Positions 1 to 12,831 are shown, counted from the first letter of the stretch. The stretch is DNA of 64,000 nucleotides from Octopus sinensis (GCF_006345805.1 NC_043000.1:148180001-148244000); one strand, 5' to 3'. The notes: generated by a model not told the origin, from the letters alone. Translations and numbers: made by a program.

Positions 1-249
1 AACGATTCTCTCATTGATTTAGTTTTCTCCCTCTGTGTTCTTAGTTGAGTTTAAATCTTATGAGAATCCATAAGTACAGTAATGCATAACCATCAATTCA
101 ATCAGCAGCATTCTATATCCCCGGCCAAATTTAGTTAACAAGTCCTTATTTTATCAGCTATTTTCAACCCAGGATAGTATGACATTATATCATTGATTGT
201 GTAGACTTTGCTATTTTCCATTACAAAAATGACATTAATTTTTCTTACA

Positions 250-612
250 GCACCATCCGAACGTGGCCGATGCCAGTGCCGCCTAGGCTGGCTTCCATGC
301 CGGTGGCACGTAAAAAGCACTATCCGAATCGTGGCCGATGCCAGTGCCGCCTTGACTGGCTTCTGTGCTGGTGGCACGTAAAATGCACCAATCCGATCGT
401 GGCCGTTGCCAGCCTCGCCTGGCACCTGTGCAGGTGGCACATAAAAAGCACCCACTACACTCACGGAGTGGTTGGCGTTAGGAAGGGCATCCAGCTGTAG
501 AAACACTGCCAGATCAGACTGGAGCCTGGTGCAGCCTTCTGGCTTCCCAGACCCCGGTCAAACCGTCCAACCCATGCTAGCATGGAGAACGGACGTTAAA
601 CGATGATGATGA
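250..612 (+). mobile_element. RTE-tailed non-autonomous element (tandem hairpin units; GGTTGGCGTTAGGAAGGGCATCC; CCATGCTAGCATGG; (GAT)n tail)
   Basis: About 20 related copies: 3565-3715(-), 6676-6866(-), 8757-9140(-), 9800-10150(-), 10826-11165(-), 24040-24290(+), 28395-28520(-), 30710-30977(+), 33885-34048(+), 40950-41190(-), 48270-48607(+), 52560-52755(+), 53060-53480(-), 55591-55770(+), 63222-63500(-) and those listed separately. RTE link inferred from the 5'UTR-like motif and tail. Confidence 0.8.
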
Positions 613-877
613 TTCCTAGAATAGTCAAACCTGGGGCTCATTTGAATGCAGGTCTGTGTGATCAATGCTGATCTAGGGCTTTAAGATATACACGTTGAAA
701 TAAATAGATTGTTTTGATCAAAGCTATGGTGCAATTCCTGAATGGATATTATTTTATATTATCCATAATTTTTCCACCTTAAAGTCTCAGCCTCCTGTTA
801 GAAATTTCATATGGAAATTTTATTGGAATTTAAGGTATAATTTCAAAAGTATTTATCTCTCTATTGCACAAAGCAGT

Positions 878-1104
878 TTAACCCTTTAGCATTTAAACCA
901 GCCATATCCTGCCAAATTATTCTACTTGTTTAATGTTCAAACTGGCCAAACCTGGCCTCACACACCTAAAAATATCATTCTAAAAATGAACAATCATCAC
1001 ATCACTGTTATCTCAAAGGCACAAGATAATACATGGTTAATTCAAAACAATGTGAATGAATAAGCATTATATTTGACAGAGAAATCCGAAAGCTAAAAGG
1101 TTAA
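878..1104. mobile_element. piggyBac-like MITE (TTAA target, TIR CCCTTTAG)
   Basis: ttaa-ccctttagca…gctaaaagg-ttaa; related copies at 31463-32078 and 50961-51162. Confidence 0.7.
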
Positions 1105-1671
1105 AGGTGATAAATTGGCTGAATTCATAGACTGTTGACTAGAATGATTTGCAATACTGGTCCAACTCTCTGCTCCGAGTTCAAATCTTGCCAAGGTCAA
1201 CTTTACTTTTCTTCTTGGAGTTCATAAAAAAAGTACTAATCCAAGGTAGTGGATTAGCAAAGCTGTTAGTCTCAGATTGGATGCCTTGTGTCGTTTGTTC
1301 TGACTCTCTACATTTTGGGTTCAAATCATGTTGTGGCCTACTCATGTTGTCTTTGGTTTGAGAATATATATTTCCTGGCCCCTGCCTTCTACTAGTCTCG
1401 CAAACCCTGTAAATGAAAGGATGGATGTTAGTATGGATGGAAAAGGGCTATGAATTTTGAAGGAAGAAAAATAACTGAAACCTAGAAAATTTTAGTACAA
1501 AATAAAAAAAAAACATATGTACCATTATAGGTACTGGCATGGGTGTTTGGTTAAGAAGCTTGCTTTGCAACCACATGGTTTCAAGATCACTTCCACTGCA
1601 CAGTACCTTGAAGAAGTGCTGGCCAATGTTTTATGGGTGAATTTGGTAGACAGAAACTGTATAGAAGCCTG

Positions 1672-1672
<1 letters not shown>

Positions 1673-1710
<38 letters not shown>
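1673..1710. repeat. (GT)n microsatellite inside an old CORE-type SINE
   Basis: Direct reading. Confidence 0.95.
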
Positions 1711-1712
<2 letters not shown>

Positions 1713-1998
1713 CCTTCCACCTACAATCTGTGTTTGTTTATGTCTCTGCAACTTAGAGGTTCGGCAAAAGAGGTCAGTTGAATTAGTGCCAGACTTGAAA
1801 TAATTACTGGGGTTGATATCTGTTTGATCAAATCCTTCAAGACTTTGTTCCTGCATGACTGCACTCCTATGATTGAAACAAATAAAAAAAGATAAACGAT
1901 ATAAAAAAAATGTACATTTTCATCTACAAGCTCCTTGATATAGATGACAATCAGCTGACGAATCAAGTTTGACTCTCAGTAATAGTTATTTCACTTAG

Positions 1999-2070
1999 GC
2001 CTTTAGCAAAGGTATATACAACACATCTCCAGTTACTCCACCTTCTGAAGTGAATAGTGTTATTGATCAA
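1999..2070 (+). CDS. Candidate amphiphysin linker exon (AFSKGIYNTSPVTPPSEVNSVIDQ); internal alternative donor after 2011
   Basis: cacttag acceptor, open phase-0 frame with SPVTPPS, caa|gtaatg donor. Weak pyrimidine tract; no homology check. Confidence 0.3.
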
Positions 2071-2284
2071 GTAATGAGTACTTCTCATTATAAAAGGTCA
2101 AACAATTGACATTTTTACCACTGAAAGTACTCTTATCTATAATTTTAAAATATGTTTGTATTGTAGCCACAGGTCAACTCTGGTGGAGCAAGTTTATGAT
2201 CAAAGCTATTCCAGCCTTGATCATCCTCTCTTTGTGGGGGCATCTTGAAACACATTTATCTAATGTGTTCTTTTTTCCTAAGGT

Positions 2285-3567
2285 GATAAAAGCTAGGATC
2301 AACTTATTGAGTTTCTTGAAGACATCACTCAAGTCGCTGATCGTGGCTCATGAGTGGATGTTGTTTACCTTGACTTTGCTAAAGCTTTTAATTCTGTGTC
2401 ACACAAAAGACTTATGGCAAAACTCTCTGCAATGGGTGTGAAAACTGATCTTTTTAACTGGTTGGAGTCCTTCATTCTCAGTCAAAAAGAGGTAATCACG
2501 GTTCTAAGACAGCATTCTTCACCCTATGAGATGTCATCTGTTGTACCGCAGGTATCTGTTCTTGGTTCCCTTTTGTTTGATGCATATATTAATGACATAA
2601 ATGTCAACTTAAAGAATGCCACAGTGCTGAAATATGCAAACATCAAGCTGTACCTTGAGATAAAAAGGACAGATCCTGAACACTATAGATCTTTCCTGGA
2701 ATCGGACTTGGACACAGTGCAACAATGGATCATGGACTGGAACTCAAACTGGTTGTGGACAAGTGTACCTCTATGCTTTTGGGAGGAAAAATCCAGTGTC
2801 CACATACTCTCTCCACAAAACTAATATCAAGAAGTTTGTGAACGTGACCTGAGCATTTACTGTCAACAGCGATTTGCACTGGACAAAGCACTTTTCTAAA
2901 ATTGTCAAGAAGGCCGAGGGTGTCTTGGTATCACTCAGCAAGACCTTTGTCAGCCGCTCTCCAGCTATCTATTTAAAGTTGTATATGGCTATGGTGCGGC
3001 CACGCTTGGAATTTGCATCACCAGTTTGGAACCCTTATGTTGCTCAGGACATTGATCTCCTGGAAACTATTCAGAGATGTGCAACCAAGTGAATACCCTC
3101 CATCGAGTATCTACCATACTCTGAATGCCTTGCTTCCCTGGGCATAGATACACTGAAGCTCTGATGTCTGGCAACTGACTTGGTAAACACCCACAAAATT
3201 ATTAACCATCATGCCAACAACCACCTTGAGCACCTTTTTGAGTTCCATGTGTCTAACACACCTGGGTATGCCTACAAAGTCAGTAAAAAACACAGCTCCC
3301 TTAACTTTTAGAAACATTTTTTCACACTCAAGATATACTGAAGCATCAATTGTTAGTTGCGGAAACATTGCATCCTTTAAAACCACCATGCTTCCTGAAA
3401 TTCGCCAACACTACACCTGATATCCCCGCCTCTGTATGTATGCACACATGTATATCATGACTCATACACTCTTCACTTTCCTGACTTTTGTACATAATTC
3501 TATGTACTGTACATGCACCTTTGATGAATTGTAGCACACCTCAACACTATTCACAATAATTTCATTC
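2285..3567 (+). mobile_element. Degenerate CR1-clade LINE (RT C-terminal part plus 3' UTR)
   Basis: DVVYLDFAKAF, VPQ(G)SVLG(P)LLF, YIND, VRPRLEFASPVWNP and LETIQRCATK; frameshifts and stops; YADD decayed. Confidence 0.9.
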
Positions 3568-3892
3568 ATCATCATCATCATTGTCATCATTTAACGTCCA
3601 CTTTCCATGCTGGCATGGATTGGATGGTTTGACTGAGAGCTCGCAAGCCAGAAGGCTGCACAGGTGCCAATCTGATCTGGCAAAGTTTCTACAGCTTGAT
3701 GCCCTTCCTAACACCAATTATTATTATTATTATCATTATAAGTGGAGATATGGTTGTGTGGTAAGAAGTTTGCTTCCAACCACAGGGTTCCACTGTGTGG
3801 AACTTTGGACAAGTGTTTTCTATTATAGCCTCAGGCCAACTAAAGCCTTTTGATGGATTTGGTTGTTAGAAACTGAAAGATGACCATCATAT

Positions 3893-4126
3893 ATATTTCT
3901 TTACTACCCACAAGGGGCTAAACACAGAGAGGACAAACAAGGACAGACAAAGGGATTAAGTCGATTACATCGACCCCAGTGTGCAGCTGGTACTTAATTT
4001 ATCGACCCTGAAAGGATGAAAGGCAAAGTCGACCTCGGCGGAATTTGAACTCAGAACATAACGGCAGACGAAATACGGCCACGCATTTCGCCCGGCGTGC
4101 TAACGTTTCTGCCAACTCGCCGCCTT
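3893..4126 (-). mobile_element. tRNA-derived SINE with conserved GCCTTTCATCCTTTCGGGGTCGATAAA…GTACCAG domain
   Basis: A-box TGGCAGAAACGTTAG, B-box GAGTTCAAATTCC. Copies: 12232-12465(-), 43110-43325(+), 44424-44640(+), 47660-48055(+, tandem), 57205-57422(+), 58925-59300(-), 59525-59715(-), 61318-61392(+); older at 17215-18010, 51495-51705, 54330-54515, 63580-63770. Confidence 0.85.
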
Positions 4127-4488
4127 CATATGTGTGTGTGTGTGTTTTCCTTGTCTTGACATAACATGGTAGTTCATTTTCAGTTTCTGCAAGAATGTGT
4201 GCGGCCACAGGGAAATATTACTTTGCTTGGAAGCAGGGTGAGGGCTAGCAAAAGGAAGGGCATCTAGCTGCAGAAAGTCTCTCTCAATAAACTCCATTTG
4301 ACCCATGCAAACATGGAAAAAGGGACTTTTAAATGACAATGATGAGGTTAATTAAGTGTGATTTGAGGGCTATTTAGCTGTTATTTCTAGCTGGTCAAGT
4401 AAACACAAGTTTCTTTTGTTGATTTAAAATACAGTTATTTATAACCGAAAATTGTTTTGTTTTTTTAATTTTCTATATTGTTTTCCAG

Positions 4489-4513
4489 ATATCAGCAACT
4501 TTGATTGAAATTT
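4489..4513 (+). CDS. Candidate 25-nt micro-exon (or alternative terminal exon) of amphiphysin
   Basis: Strong acceptor (long T tract, ttttccag) and donor gtgagt. Phase 0 reads ISATLIEI; phase 1 reads DISNFD-stop. Direct joining to the 7416 exon would create TAA. Confidence 0.25.
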
Positions 4514-4749
4514 GTGAGTCTTTATCAGCAAATTTTATATTACCTGAAAGAAAGTCAACGATACGATCAGTGTAAATATATATTCTATTTATACAACTCT
4601 ATTTTTTGCTAGTTTAAAATCCAGTTTATATTTTCTTTCATAGTCATTTTCTGTATGTAAGTGAATTTGATTTCCTCTTTCTTTTTTTCCTTTTGAAGAT
4701 TTAATATTAGCATTAATCTCACATCACTTCTCTCTCTGCTTCCCCCTCT

Positions 4750-4770
4750 CTATCCATCTATCTATCCTAC

Positions 4771-4811
<41 letters not shown>

Positions 4812-4906
4812 CTATCTATCTATCTATCTATCTATCTATCCTATCTATCTATCCTATCTATCTATCCTATCCTATCTATCTATCCTATCCTATCTATCTA
4901 TCTATC

Positions 4907-4945
<39 letters not shown>

Positions 4946-4958
4946 CCTACCTACCTAC

Positions 4959-4990
<32 letters not shown>
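4750..4990. repeat. Compound microsatellite (TATC)n-(TACC)n-(CA)n; degenerate TCTA continues to about 5150
   Basis: Direct reading. Confidence 0.95.
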
Positions 4991-4995
<5 letters not shown>

Positions 4996-5427
4996 TACAA
5001 ATACACACATATACATCCATCTCTTTGCTATTTATATCTCTGCATCTGTCAATCTTTCAACCTATCTGTCTACTTATCTATCTATCTGTCTATTCATCTG
5101 TTTATCTATCTGTCTGTCTTTCTATTTGTCTATCATTCTGTCTGTCTCTATATGTTTGTGTTTACCAAATCCTGAAATGTCTGATGATGAAAATGTTTGG
5201 TGTGTTTACAAAAACTACCATACATCTGTTCCATTATTTGTGTATAGATTTCAGATAAATCTATAACATGTACAGTAAAGATATTAAACTACAGAAAAAC
5301 ACAGCAATTCTATTACCTTTTGAATTACTTATTAATTTCCATTGAATTTTTCTCTACTCATCATTTAATGTATTTCGTTTGGTGAGCAAAATATTCTCAT
5401 TTTAATGTCAGTAAATATAAATTTAGT

Positions 5428-5675
5428 GGAGGTGCATGGCTTAGTGGTTAGGGTGTCAGCATCATGATCATAAGATTGTGGTTTCGATTCCTGGACTGGG
5501 CGACGCGTTGTGTTCTTGAGCAAAATACTTCTTTTCACGTTGCTCCAGTCCACTCAGCTGGCAAAAATGAGTAACGCTCCAATGGACTGGTGTCCCGTCC
5601 AGCTGGGGAACACATACGCCATTGAAACCGGGAAACCAGGCCCATGAGCCTGGCCAGGCTTTAAAAGGGCGCATT
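5428..5675 (+). mobile_element. tRNA-derived SINE (GGAGGCGCATGGCTTAGTGGTTAGG head)
   Basis: A/B boxes and CORE-like TGTGTTCTTGAGCAAAA; copies at 7596-7836(+) and 26460-26702(-). Confidence 0.85.
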
Positions 5676-5914
5676 TATTTTTATATTCAAATATTGATTT
5701 ATACAAATTATGCAGCTAATACTCACAATAACTCTGAATATTTAGATGTCTCTGGTTCAATTCTAGGTTTAAGCATGTTGGTGTGGTTCTGTTTTGTTCT
5801 TGAAATTAATACTAACCAAAGTTTCTACAATTTGACTTAGGGAAACTGATAAAAGGGGATATTGTGGTTGCATAGTATATATACCAGTGTATAAGACATT
5901 TTAAGACATTAGTG

Positions 5915-6250
5915 AAGGCGCGTGGCTCAGTGGTTAGAGCGTCGAGCTTACGATCGTGAGGTTGTGAGCTCGAATCCCGGACCGGGCTGCATGATGTGTT
6001 CTTGAGCAAGACACTTTATTTCACGTTGCTCCAGTTCACTCAACTGTAGAAGTGAGTTGCGATGTCACAGGTGCCAAGCTGTATCGGCCCTTGCCTTTCC
6101 CTTGGATAGCACTGGTGGCGTAGAGAGGGGAGGTTGGTATGCATGGGCGACTGCGGGTCTCCCATAAAACAACCTTGCCCAGACTTGTGCCTCAGAGGGT
6201 AACTCTCTAGGTGCAAACCCATGGTCAGTGTCTGACCGAAGGGGGTCACC
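5915..6250 (+). mobile_element. tRNA-derived SINE, related head and core with a different tail
   Basis: GGCGCGTGGCTCAGTGGTTAGAGC…CTCGAATCCC head and shared cacgttgctccagt core. Confidence 0.8.
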
Positions 6251-6548
6251 ACCACTATAAGACATTTTAATTATTCTTAAATGTAACAAAAATTTCCTTG
6301 TGTCTAATGTAGTCATATTACAGATGTAATTCCTAGTGTATGATGAAACATTAAATTTGTTTTTCCAATAGTATTTTTTTCTAACAAAAAGTAGGGGTTT
6401 GTCTTATGTGAGAGTGTCTCTTATACACCAGCAAATACAGTATATATCCATTAATGCATAATCATCATTATAATGCAATTTCTGATATTATATTGGTGGC
6501 GTTACTTTTATTTGGCATAATTTTTGTTCAATCCTTTTTATTTTATAG

Positions 6549-6655
6549 ATCTGAGAGCAATCATCACCTTCAAAATGTAATTGACAGCTTCCAACAGTTT
6601 CAGATGCAATCTAAAGACAATGGTGTAATCTCCTTAGTTTTAAAGAGTGACTCAG
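6549..6655 (+). CDS. Candidate amphiphysin linker exon (SESNHHLQNVIDSFQQFQMQSKDNGVISLVLKSDS)
   Basis: ttttatag acceptor, open frame, cag|gtaact donor. Ends in phase 1, compatible with the 7416 exon; no upstream phase-2 partner found. Confidence 0.3.
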
Positions 6656-7415
6656 GTAACTTAATAATTAACAATCATCATCATCGTTTAACGTCCGCTT
6701 TCCATGCTAGCATGGGTTGGACGATTTGACTGAAGACTGGTGAACCAGATGGCTGCACCAGGCTCCACTCTTGATCTAGTAGAGTTTCTACAGCTGGATG
6801 CCCTTCCTAATGCCAACCACTCCGAGAATGTAGTGGGTGCTTTTACGTTCCACCAGCACAAGGGCCACAAACAAAATAAGTGCCCTTGATATATTATTTG
6901 AGTAATTTATATTAATTATTTGCTACAAAAAAAACTTCTTCAAAAGGATACGATTCAAATGAAACTTTTGTCTTGAATCTCAAGTTTCAGGGAAAAAAAC
7001 CATATGCAGCTGAAAATGCTCTATTCATCTGTTTTACATACACTCTCCATGCTAGCATGGGTTAGACAAGCCCATTTTTACAGCTAAGTGGCCTTTTTTG
7101 CTAACTCTTACCTGTTTTTTTTTTTATTAGTGGACTTCTTATTCCATTTACCTTTCAAAAGGCAATGCCACAAGATGATTTGTTTGTAGAGAATGTAAAA
7201 AAAAAATCACTACCATATTTGTCTAACCCATGTTAACATAGAAAAATGGATGTAAAATGAATGAATATATATTTTTTGAAAACTTTTTGCTTGCTACTCT
7301 GAACTTGAATTAGCACTTTTTCTTTTTAATTTTTGAATGATTATGAAATTTGAGTATTAGTTAAAGATATCATTTTTTGAAGATTATTTATAATAATTTT
7401 TCATTTCTTTTCCAG

Positions 7416-7498
7416 AAAATACAACAATTTGTCCTAGTCAAGAGGATATCAATGAACCAGAGTCTGAGCTTTATCAAAATGTGGCCATCAGTAACCAA
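7416..7498 (+). CDS. Amph: Amphiphysin linker exon (ENTTICPSQEDINEPESELYQNVAISNQ)
   Basis: ttcttttccag acceptor, open frame, caa|gtaggc donor in phase 0 matching the next exon. Confidence 0.65.
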
Positions 7499-8456
7499 GT
7501 AGGCAATACAAAATTTTACCTTTTTTACTGTATCTTAAGCTATCAACTCTTTTATTAGTCACATTCTTATACTTCCACTTCAATATAAATTTAGTGGAGG
7601 CGCATGGCTTAGTGGTTAGGGTGTCAGCATAAGATTGTGGTTTCAATTCCTGGACCGGGCGACGCGTTGTGTTCTTGAGCAAAACACTTCATTTCACGTT
7701 GCTCCAGTCCACTCAGCTGGCAAAAATGAGTAACGCTCCAATGGACTGGTGTCCCTTCGAGCTGGGGAACACATTCGCCATTGAAACCGGGAAACTGGGC
7801 CCATGAGCCTGGCTAGGCTTTAAAAGGGCGCATTTATAGGTTCCTTTTTCAATGCCAACTCTCAAATTCACTATCTAGTCTTATTTGACCATAATACCAT
7901 TTCATTTTTGCTAATTCTTATTATTTGTCCATAATATTTTTGCTTTTCTTTCACAAAATCTTTCCTAATTCTGATTGCTTCCTTAAGAATTTGTTTACTG
8001 TTGAACAGATTATAGCTTAATCATTTTTCAGTAACTTGTAACAAGAATTTCATTCATATTAAGATATCAAATTCATTGGAAATTATGGTTTTATCATCTT
8101 AGTACTGATTAAAATTCAAGAATTGTTAGGGAAACATATCTTGCTTTTTATTGGATCACACATTTGGTTAAAGAGCTTCATTTCAGTTTCTCATGAATTC
8201 CAGATTTCCATATAAATGCTATCCAAGATTGTAGTAAAAAGAGAGAGATACATCACCTGATGAGTTGATAGTGACAAATGTATGGCATTTTTGCAAGCTG
8301 TTATTCAAAGTAGCACAAAATGTTATGTGGCCATCCTCAATGATTAGGATAACAGCGACTTCTACTACCATAACCAAGTTAATAAAGTTGTCAAATTAAA
8401 AATGTTGGGGTTAAATAACAACAACTTAGACAAATTTAAACATTTTACATTTATAT

Positions 8457-8718
8457 GAATGATTGGATTGTTTGTTAGTTCTGACACTGAGTACTCCATT
8501 GCTTACAAAGTCAGAAAACAGCACAGCTCCCATGACTTTCAGAGTTGCTGAAGCATGGAACAAACTGCCTGCGTCAGTTGTTGACTGCCATGACACTGCA
8601 TCCTTTAAGGCCCTCATGCTTTCCGAAATCCGCCGAAACTACACTGATTATATATAGACTTTAGATGAGTTGTAGTGCACCTGAGCACTGTACACAATTA
8701 TTATTATTATTATTATTT
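8457..8718 (+). mobile_element. CR1-clade LINE 3' end fragment with (ATT)n tail
   Basis: RVAEAWNKLPASVV motif, gtagtgcacctgagcactgtacacaa 3' UTR, ATT tail. Further copies at 25765-26027, 41925-41990, 49817-50160, 59046-59192. Confidence 0.85.
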
Positions 8719-9439
8719 TAATTGAACTACTTATTTATTCAATTAACATGTAAATGGTTCATCATCATCGTTTAACGTCCGTTTTCCGTGCTAGCATGGG
8801 TTGGACGGTTCGACTGGGGTCTGGGAAGCTAGGAGGCTGCATCAGGTTCCAGTCTGATCTGGCAGTGTTTCTACAGTTGGATCACTGCCAGACTCATCAT
8901 CATCATCATTTAACGTCCGTTTTCCGCGCTAGCACTGGTTGGATGGTTCAACCGGGGTCTGGGAAGCCAGGGGCTGCACCAGGCTCCAATCTGATCTGGC
9001 AGAGTCTCTACAGCTGGATGCCCTTCCTAACGCCAACCACTCCGCGAGTGTAGTGGGTGCTTTTTACATGCCACCTGCACAGGTGCCAGGGGTGTCCGGC
9101 ATTGTCCACGATCGGTTGGAGCTTTTAACGTGCCACCGTACTTTTAATGTGATCTTCAGGCAGAATCAATGCACACAGTGTGACAAAGCTGGCCTTTTGA
9201 ATTACAGGTACAGTTTATTCAACAGGTTTTCACATGTTGAAACCTATTTCATTCACAAGGCTTTTATCATTTAAATGTCACATACGACACTTGCCCAAGG
9301 TGCCATGCTGTGAGATCAAACCTAAGATCTCATCAAACTTTTCAAACACTCAGTCATAATGTCTTTAGTTATACACACACACATACACACACACACACTT
9401 GTAAATAATTGGAGTGTTTTAAATTTTCACTATTCACAG

Positions 9440-9658
9440 GAACACCCTAACAGTGGAGAGAGTTCTGAACCAGTCTTTCAACGTACTTCACCAAGTCTAC
9501 AGGCAGCTGCTAAACCATCTGAGGATTCTGCAGGCTCAGTAAGTGTTTGCGAAGAGAATGTTTCAGAATATCAGTCATGCCTTGAAGATTCTAGTCTCTA
9601 TGAAGTACCCCCAAACAACCAGTCCCTTAAAAAGCTTCCAGATGGTATACTATATCAA
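9440..9658 (+). CDS. Amph: Amphiphysin exon: Ser/Glu-rich linker and start of SH3 (…LYEVPPNNQSLKKLPDGILYQ)
   Basis: tattcacag acceptor, 73 open codons, caa|gtatgt donor. LPDGILYQ matches the LPPGxLYxV entry to the amphiphysin SH3. Confidence 0.85.
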
Positions 9659-12600
9659 GTATGTATTCTCTTCTCTTTATTCTTGATTTTTCTTTTCTTA
9701 TTGTTAAACTGAGTCAAGTTGATAAGAAAACTAAATATTTACTAGCTTTGGATTTAAATCCTATTTATCTCAACTTTCATTTTCATTCTCCTTCAGTCCT
9801 CCTCATCATCATCATCGTTTAGCATCCGCTTTCCATGCTGGCATGGGTTGGACGGTGCAACTGGGGTCTGGTAAGCCAGAAGGCTGCACCAAGCCCAGTC
9901 TGATCTGGCAATGTTTCTACGGCTGGATGCCCTTCCTAAAGCCAACCACTCCATGAGGAGTGTAGTGGGTGCTTTTTACGTGCCAGATGAGGCTGGCAAA
10001 CGGCCATGATTGGATGGTGCTTTTTACGTGCCACTGGCATGGAGGCAGTCGGGGCGGCGCTGGCAATGGCTACGTTCAGATGGTTCTCTTATGTGCCACC
10101 GGCACTGGTATCACAGCTACGATTTCCATTGATGTTGATCGATTTTGATAACTATGTAAGTTCTTGAACTAGCTTGAGGTTTAAACACATCAGATGAGTA
10201 ACTCACAGTTCTGAGTTTCAATTCCACAACAGATAATTCAAGAGGCTTAGAGAAATGAGTAGAAGGTCTAACACACCTTACAATTTAAACTCACCTGTTG
10301 GTTTTGGAGCAGCTTTAGCAGAGTTCACTTTGTTGCAAGCATTCAGGCCAGACTCCCCCCCACCACCAACTGTTCGTATTTTCTCTACAGTTCTATGAAC
10401 TGGACATCAACTACATTCATTTCATCAGTCTAGGAAATCCTGTAAAGATCACAGACTCTACTCTTCTTCTTCTAACTTAAAAAAAATGATCACCTTAGTT
10501 GTTTTCAGCAAGACAAGGCTGTGTTTTATGTAACGGCCGAATAATCAAAAATTAAGGTGAAAATAACAAACTTCTTCATTACCAGCATTTTTTATCAATG
10601 TTCCTTGTAATGTAAAATAGAAGTGTTGTCAGTATTGGCAGAACATTAAGTATTGTTAACATTACAATATTACATTTCAAATGGTCCCAACTTGTAAAAT
10701 TTTTACTCCAGTTTCACCTGCAACTCAGTCTAGTCTAACTCTAAACTAGACTAAAACTTTGTCTATCTAATTAGATCTGTTGGCCACTGCTCAAACATTT
10801 AGGTTTACTTTAGTAGAGTTTATTCCATCATCATGATTGTTGTTTAACGTCTGGTTTGGCTGAGGGCTGGCAAGCTAGGAGGCTGTACCAGGCTCTAATC
10901 CAATCTTGCAAAGTTTCTACAGCTGGATGCCCTTCCTAACACCAACCACTTTGAGAGTATAGTGGGTGCTTTTTACATTCCAGTCAGGTGGTACTGGCAT
11001 CAACCATGCTTGAATGGTGCTTTTTATGTGCCACAAGCACGGGAGTCAGTCAGGCAGTGACCACGCTCGAATGGTGCTTTTTATATGCTACTTGCACGGG
11101 AACCTGTCAGGCAGCACTGGCAATGATCATGCTCGAATGGTGCTTTTTACATATCAATGAAAATCATCTTGCTTGAATCATCTTGAATGTTAAGTATTTT
11201 ACTGAAGGATAATAAAATAAGCAAGTGCCCTTTGACTATGTAACATTTTTTTTTTTATTTTGCATATATCAAGGGAGTTTGTCTGGCTACAACTGAAATT
11301 ACAGTAGCTTTACTAACATGTGTTTTTAAGACAAGTGTTATTGAATGTAAAATATGACACAGTTTACTCTGTTCTCATAGTTTGGTTGATTGTTGATACA
11401 CAATGTCTCTGTATTCTGGCAGAAAGGAGACTTTGTTTTTAATCTACAAGCCCGTCTACATTAAAAGAGGTCTGGTAAACAAATCCAAATGTGTCAGCAT
11501 TACTTTGTGGTTGAGAATTTCACTCTGAAATAACTAGGGAAAAGGTTTATGGTCTCAGGTCAATTGAAAACAGTATAAGTTCCTTTTCCAATGCCAACTC
11601 TCAAATTCACTATCTAGTCTTATTTGACCATAATACCATTTCATTTTTGGTGAAACTATGCTGGTTTCCAACTTTCCACTATATTGTCATAACTAGTTGT
11701 CTGGCCTTGCCAAAAACAGTTGTATCAATTTGTATCATTCCAACTTTGATTCCATGAGTTCAATGCATCTTCACGATCACTCAGTGTCTCCTCTGTCCAG
11801 CTATGCTTTATCATTCCATTGAGCTAGATCAAAACTTGATTTCTTGTATCTTAGTGAACTTTTGTGACTGCTCAGAGTAGAAGACATGCCAGCACGATCC
11901 TTGAGGGATCTGTCCTGTGCACTTTTGACTTATCAACATTATTTCATAAAATTGTTTGCAAAGAATTTAAGTGATAATGGCTTCTGAAGTTAATAGCAGC
12001 TGCTCTCTCTCAGTAAGCTTTAGTATGCACACCAGGCAACATCAAATCAATGACATACTAAGTCTACAGCTACTTTAGCTACTGACTGATAGACATTCAC
12101 AATGGATGTATTTCATCCCATTTAAATTGATGCCATGGAACACCCAAGTCAGTATTGTATGACAGCTGACTCTCTTGGATTCATCTGCTCTTTTTATAGG
12201 TTTTATTTTTCATTCTGTAAAGTATCCAAATACCTATTTCTTTATTACCCACAAGGGGCTAAACACAGAGGGGACGAACAAGGACAGACAAACGGATTAA
12301 GTCGATTATATCGACCCCAGTGCGTAACTGGTACTTATTTAATCCACCCCGAAAGGATGAAAGACAAAGTCAACCTTGGCGGAATTTGAACTCAGAACGT
12401 AGCGGCAGACGAAATACTGCTAAGCATTTCGCCCGGCGTGCTAACGTTTCTGCCAGCTCACCACCCAAATTAAAATATTGAAATACCACCATCCTTACTA
12501 AACAAGCTTGTTGGGTTTACTACTTCAGTTAGTGTTAGTCCAGCTATTCACAAACTATACTAGTTTCCCTGGTTACCTGTAACAGATCTCTGACCTGATA

Positions 12601-12729
12601 TTCACTCATTTCCAACCTCTATACATCATACATACAGAAGCATATAACAGTATATTTGGTCTGCTTACATTTCCTTTTATCAGTAATCTGGCTCGATTTT
12701 AATTCTATTCTTTTCTGCATTTTATTTAG

Positions 12730-12831
12730 GTTCAAGCAACACATCCCTATTCACAAGCAGATAGTGATGAATTAACATTTGAAGCTGGTGAAGTTATTGA
12801 TGTTATTGAACCAGATAATCCTGATGAAATG
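12730..12831 (+). CDS. Amph: Amphiphysin SH3 exon ([34 protein letters not shown])
   Basis: tttag/gtaagg boundaries, phase 0-0. SH3 DEL-F-G motif plus the amphiphysin-type D-N-P-D-E insert. Confidence 0.93.

Noticed and set aside
5168-5200. Protein-like NPEMSDDENVW next to the microsatellite
   Set aside because: No upstream AG acceptor and no donor.
5428-5510. tRNA genes (here and at 5915, 27056, 42900, 58242)
   Set aside because: A/B boxes are present but acceptor stems do not pair and each runs into a SINE body.
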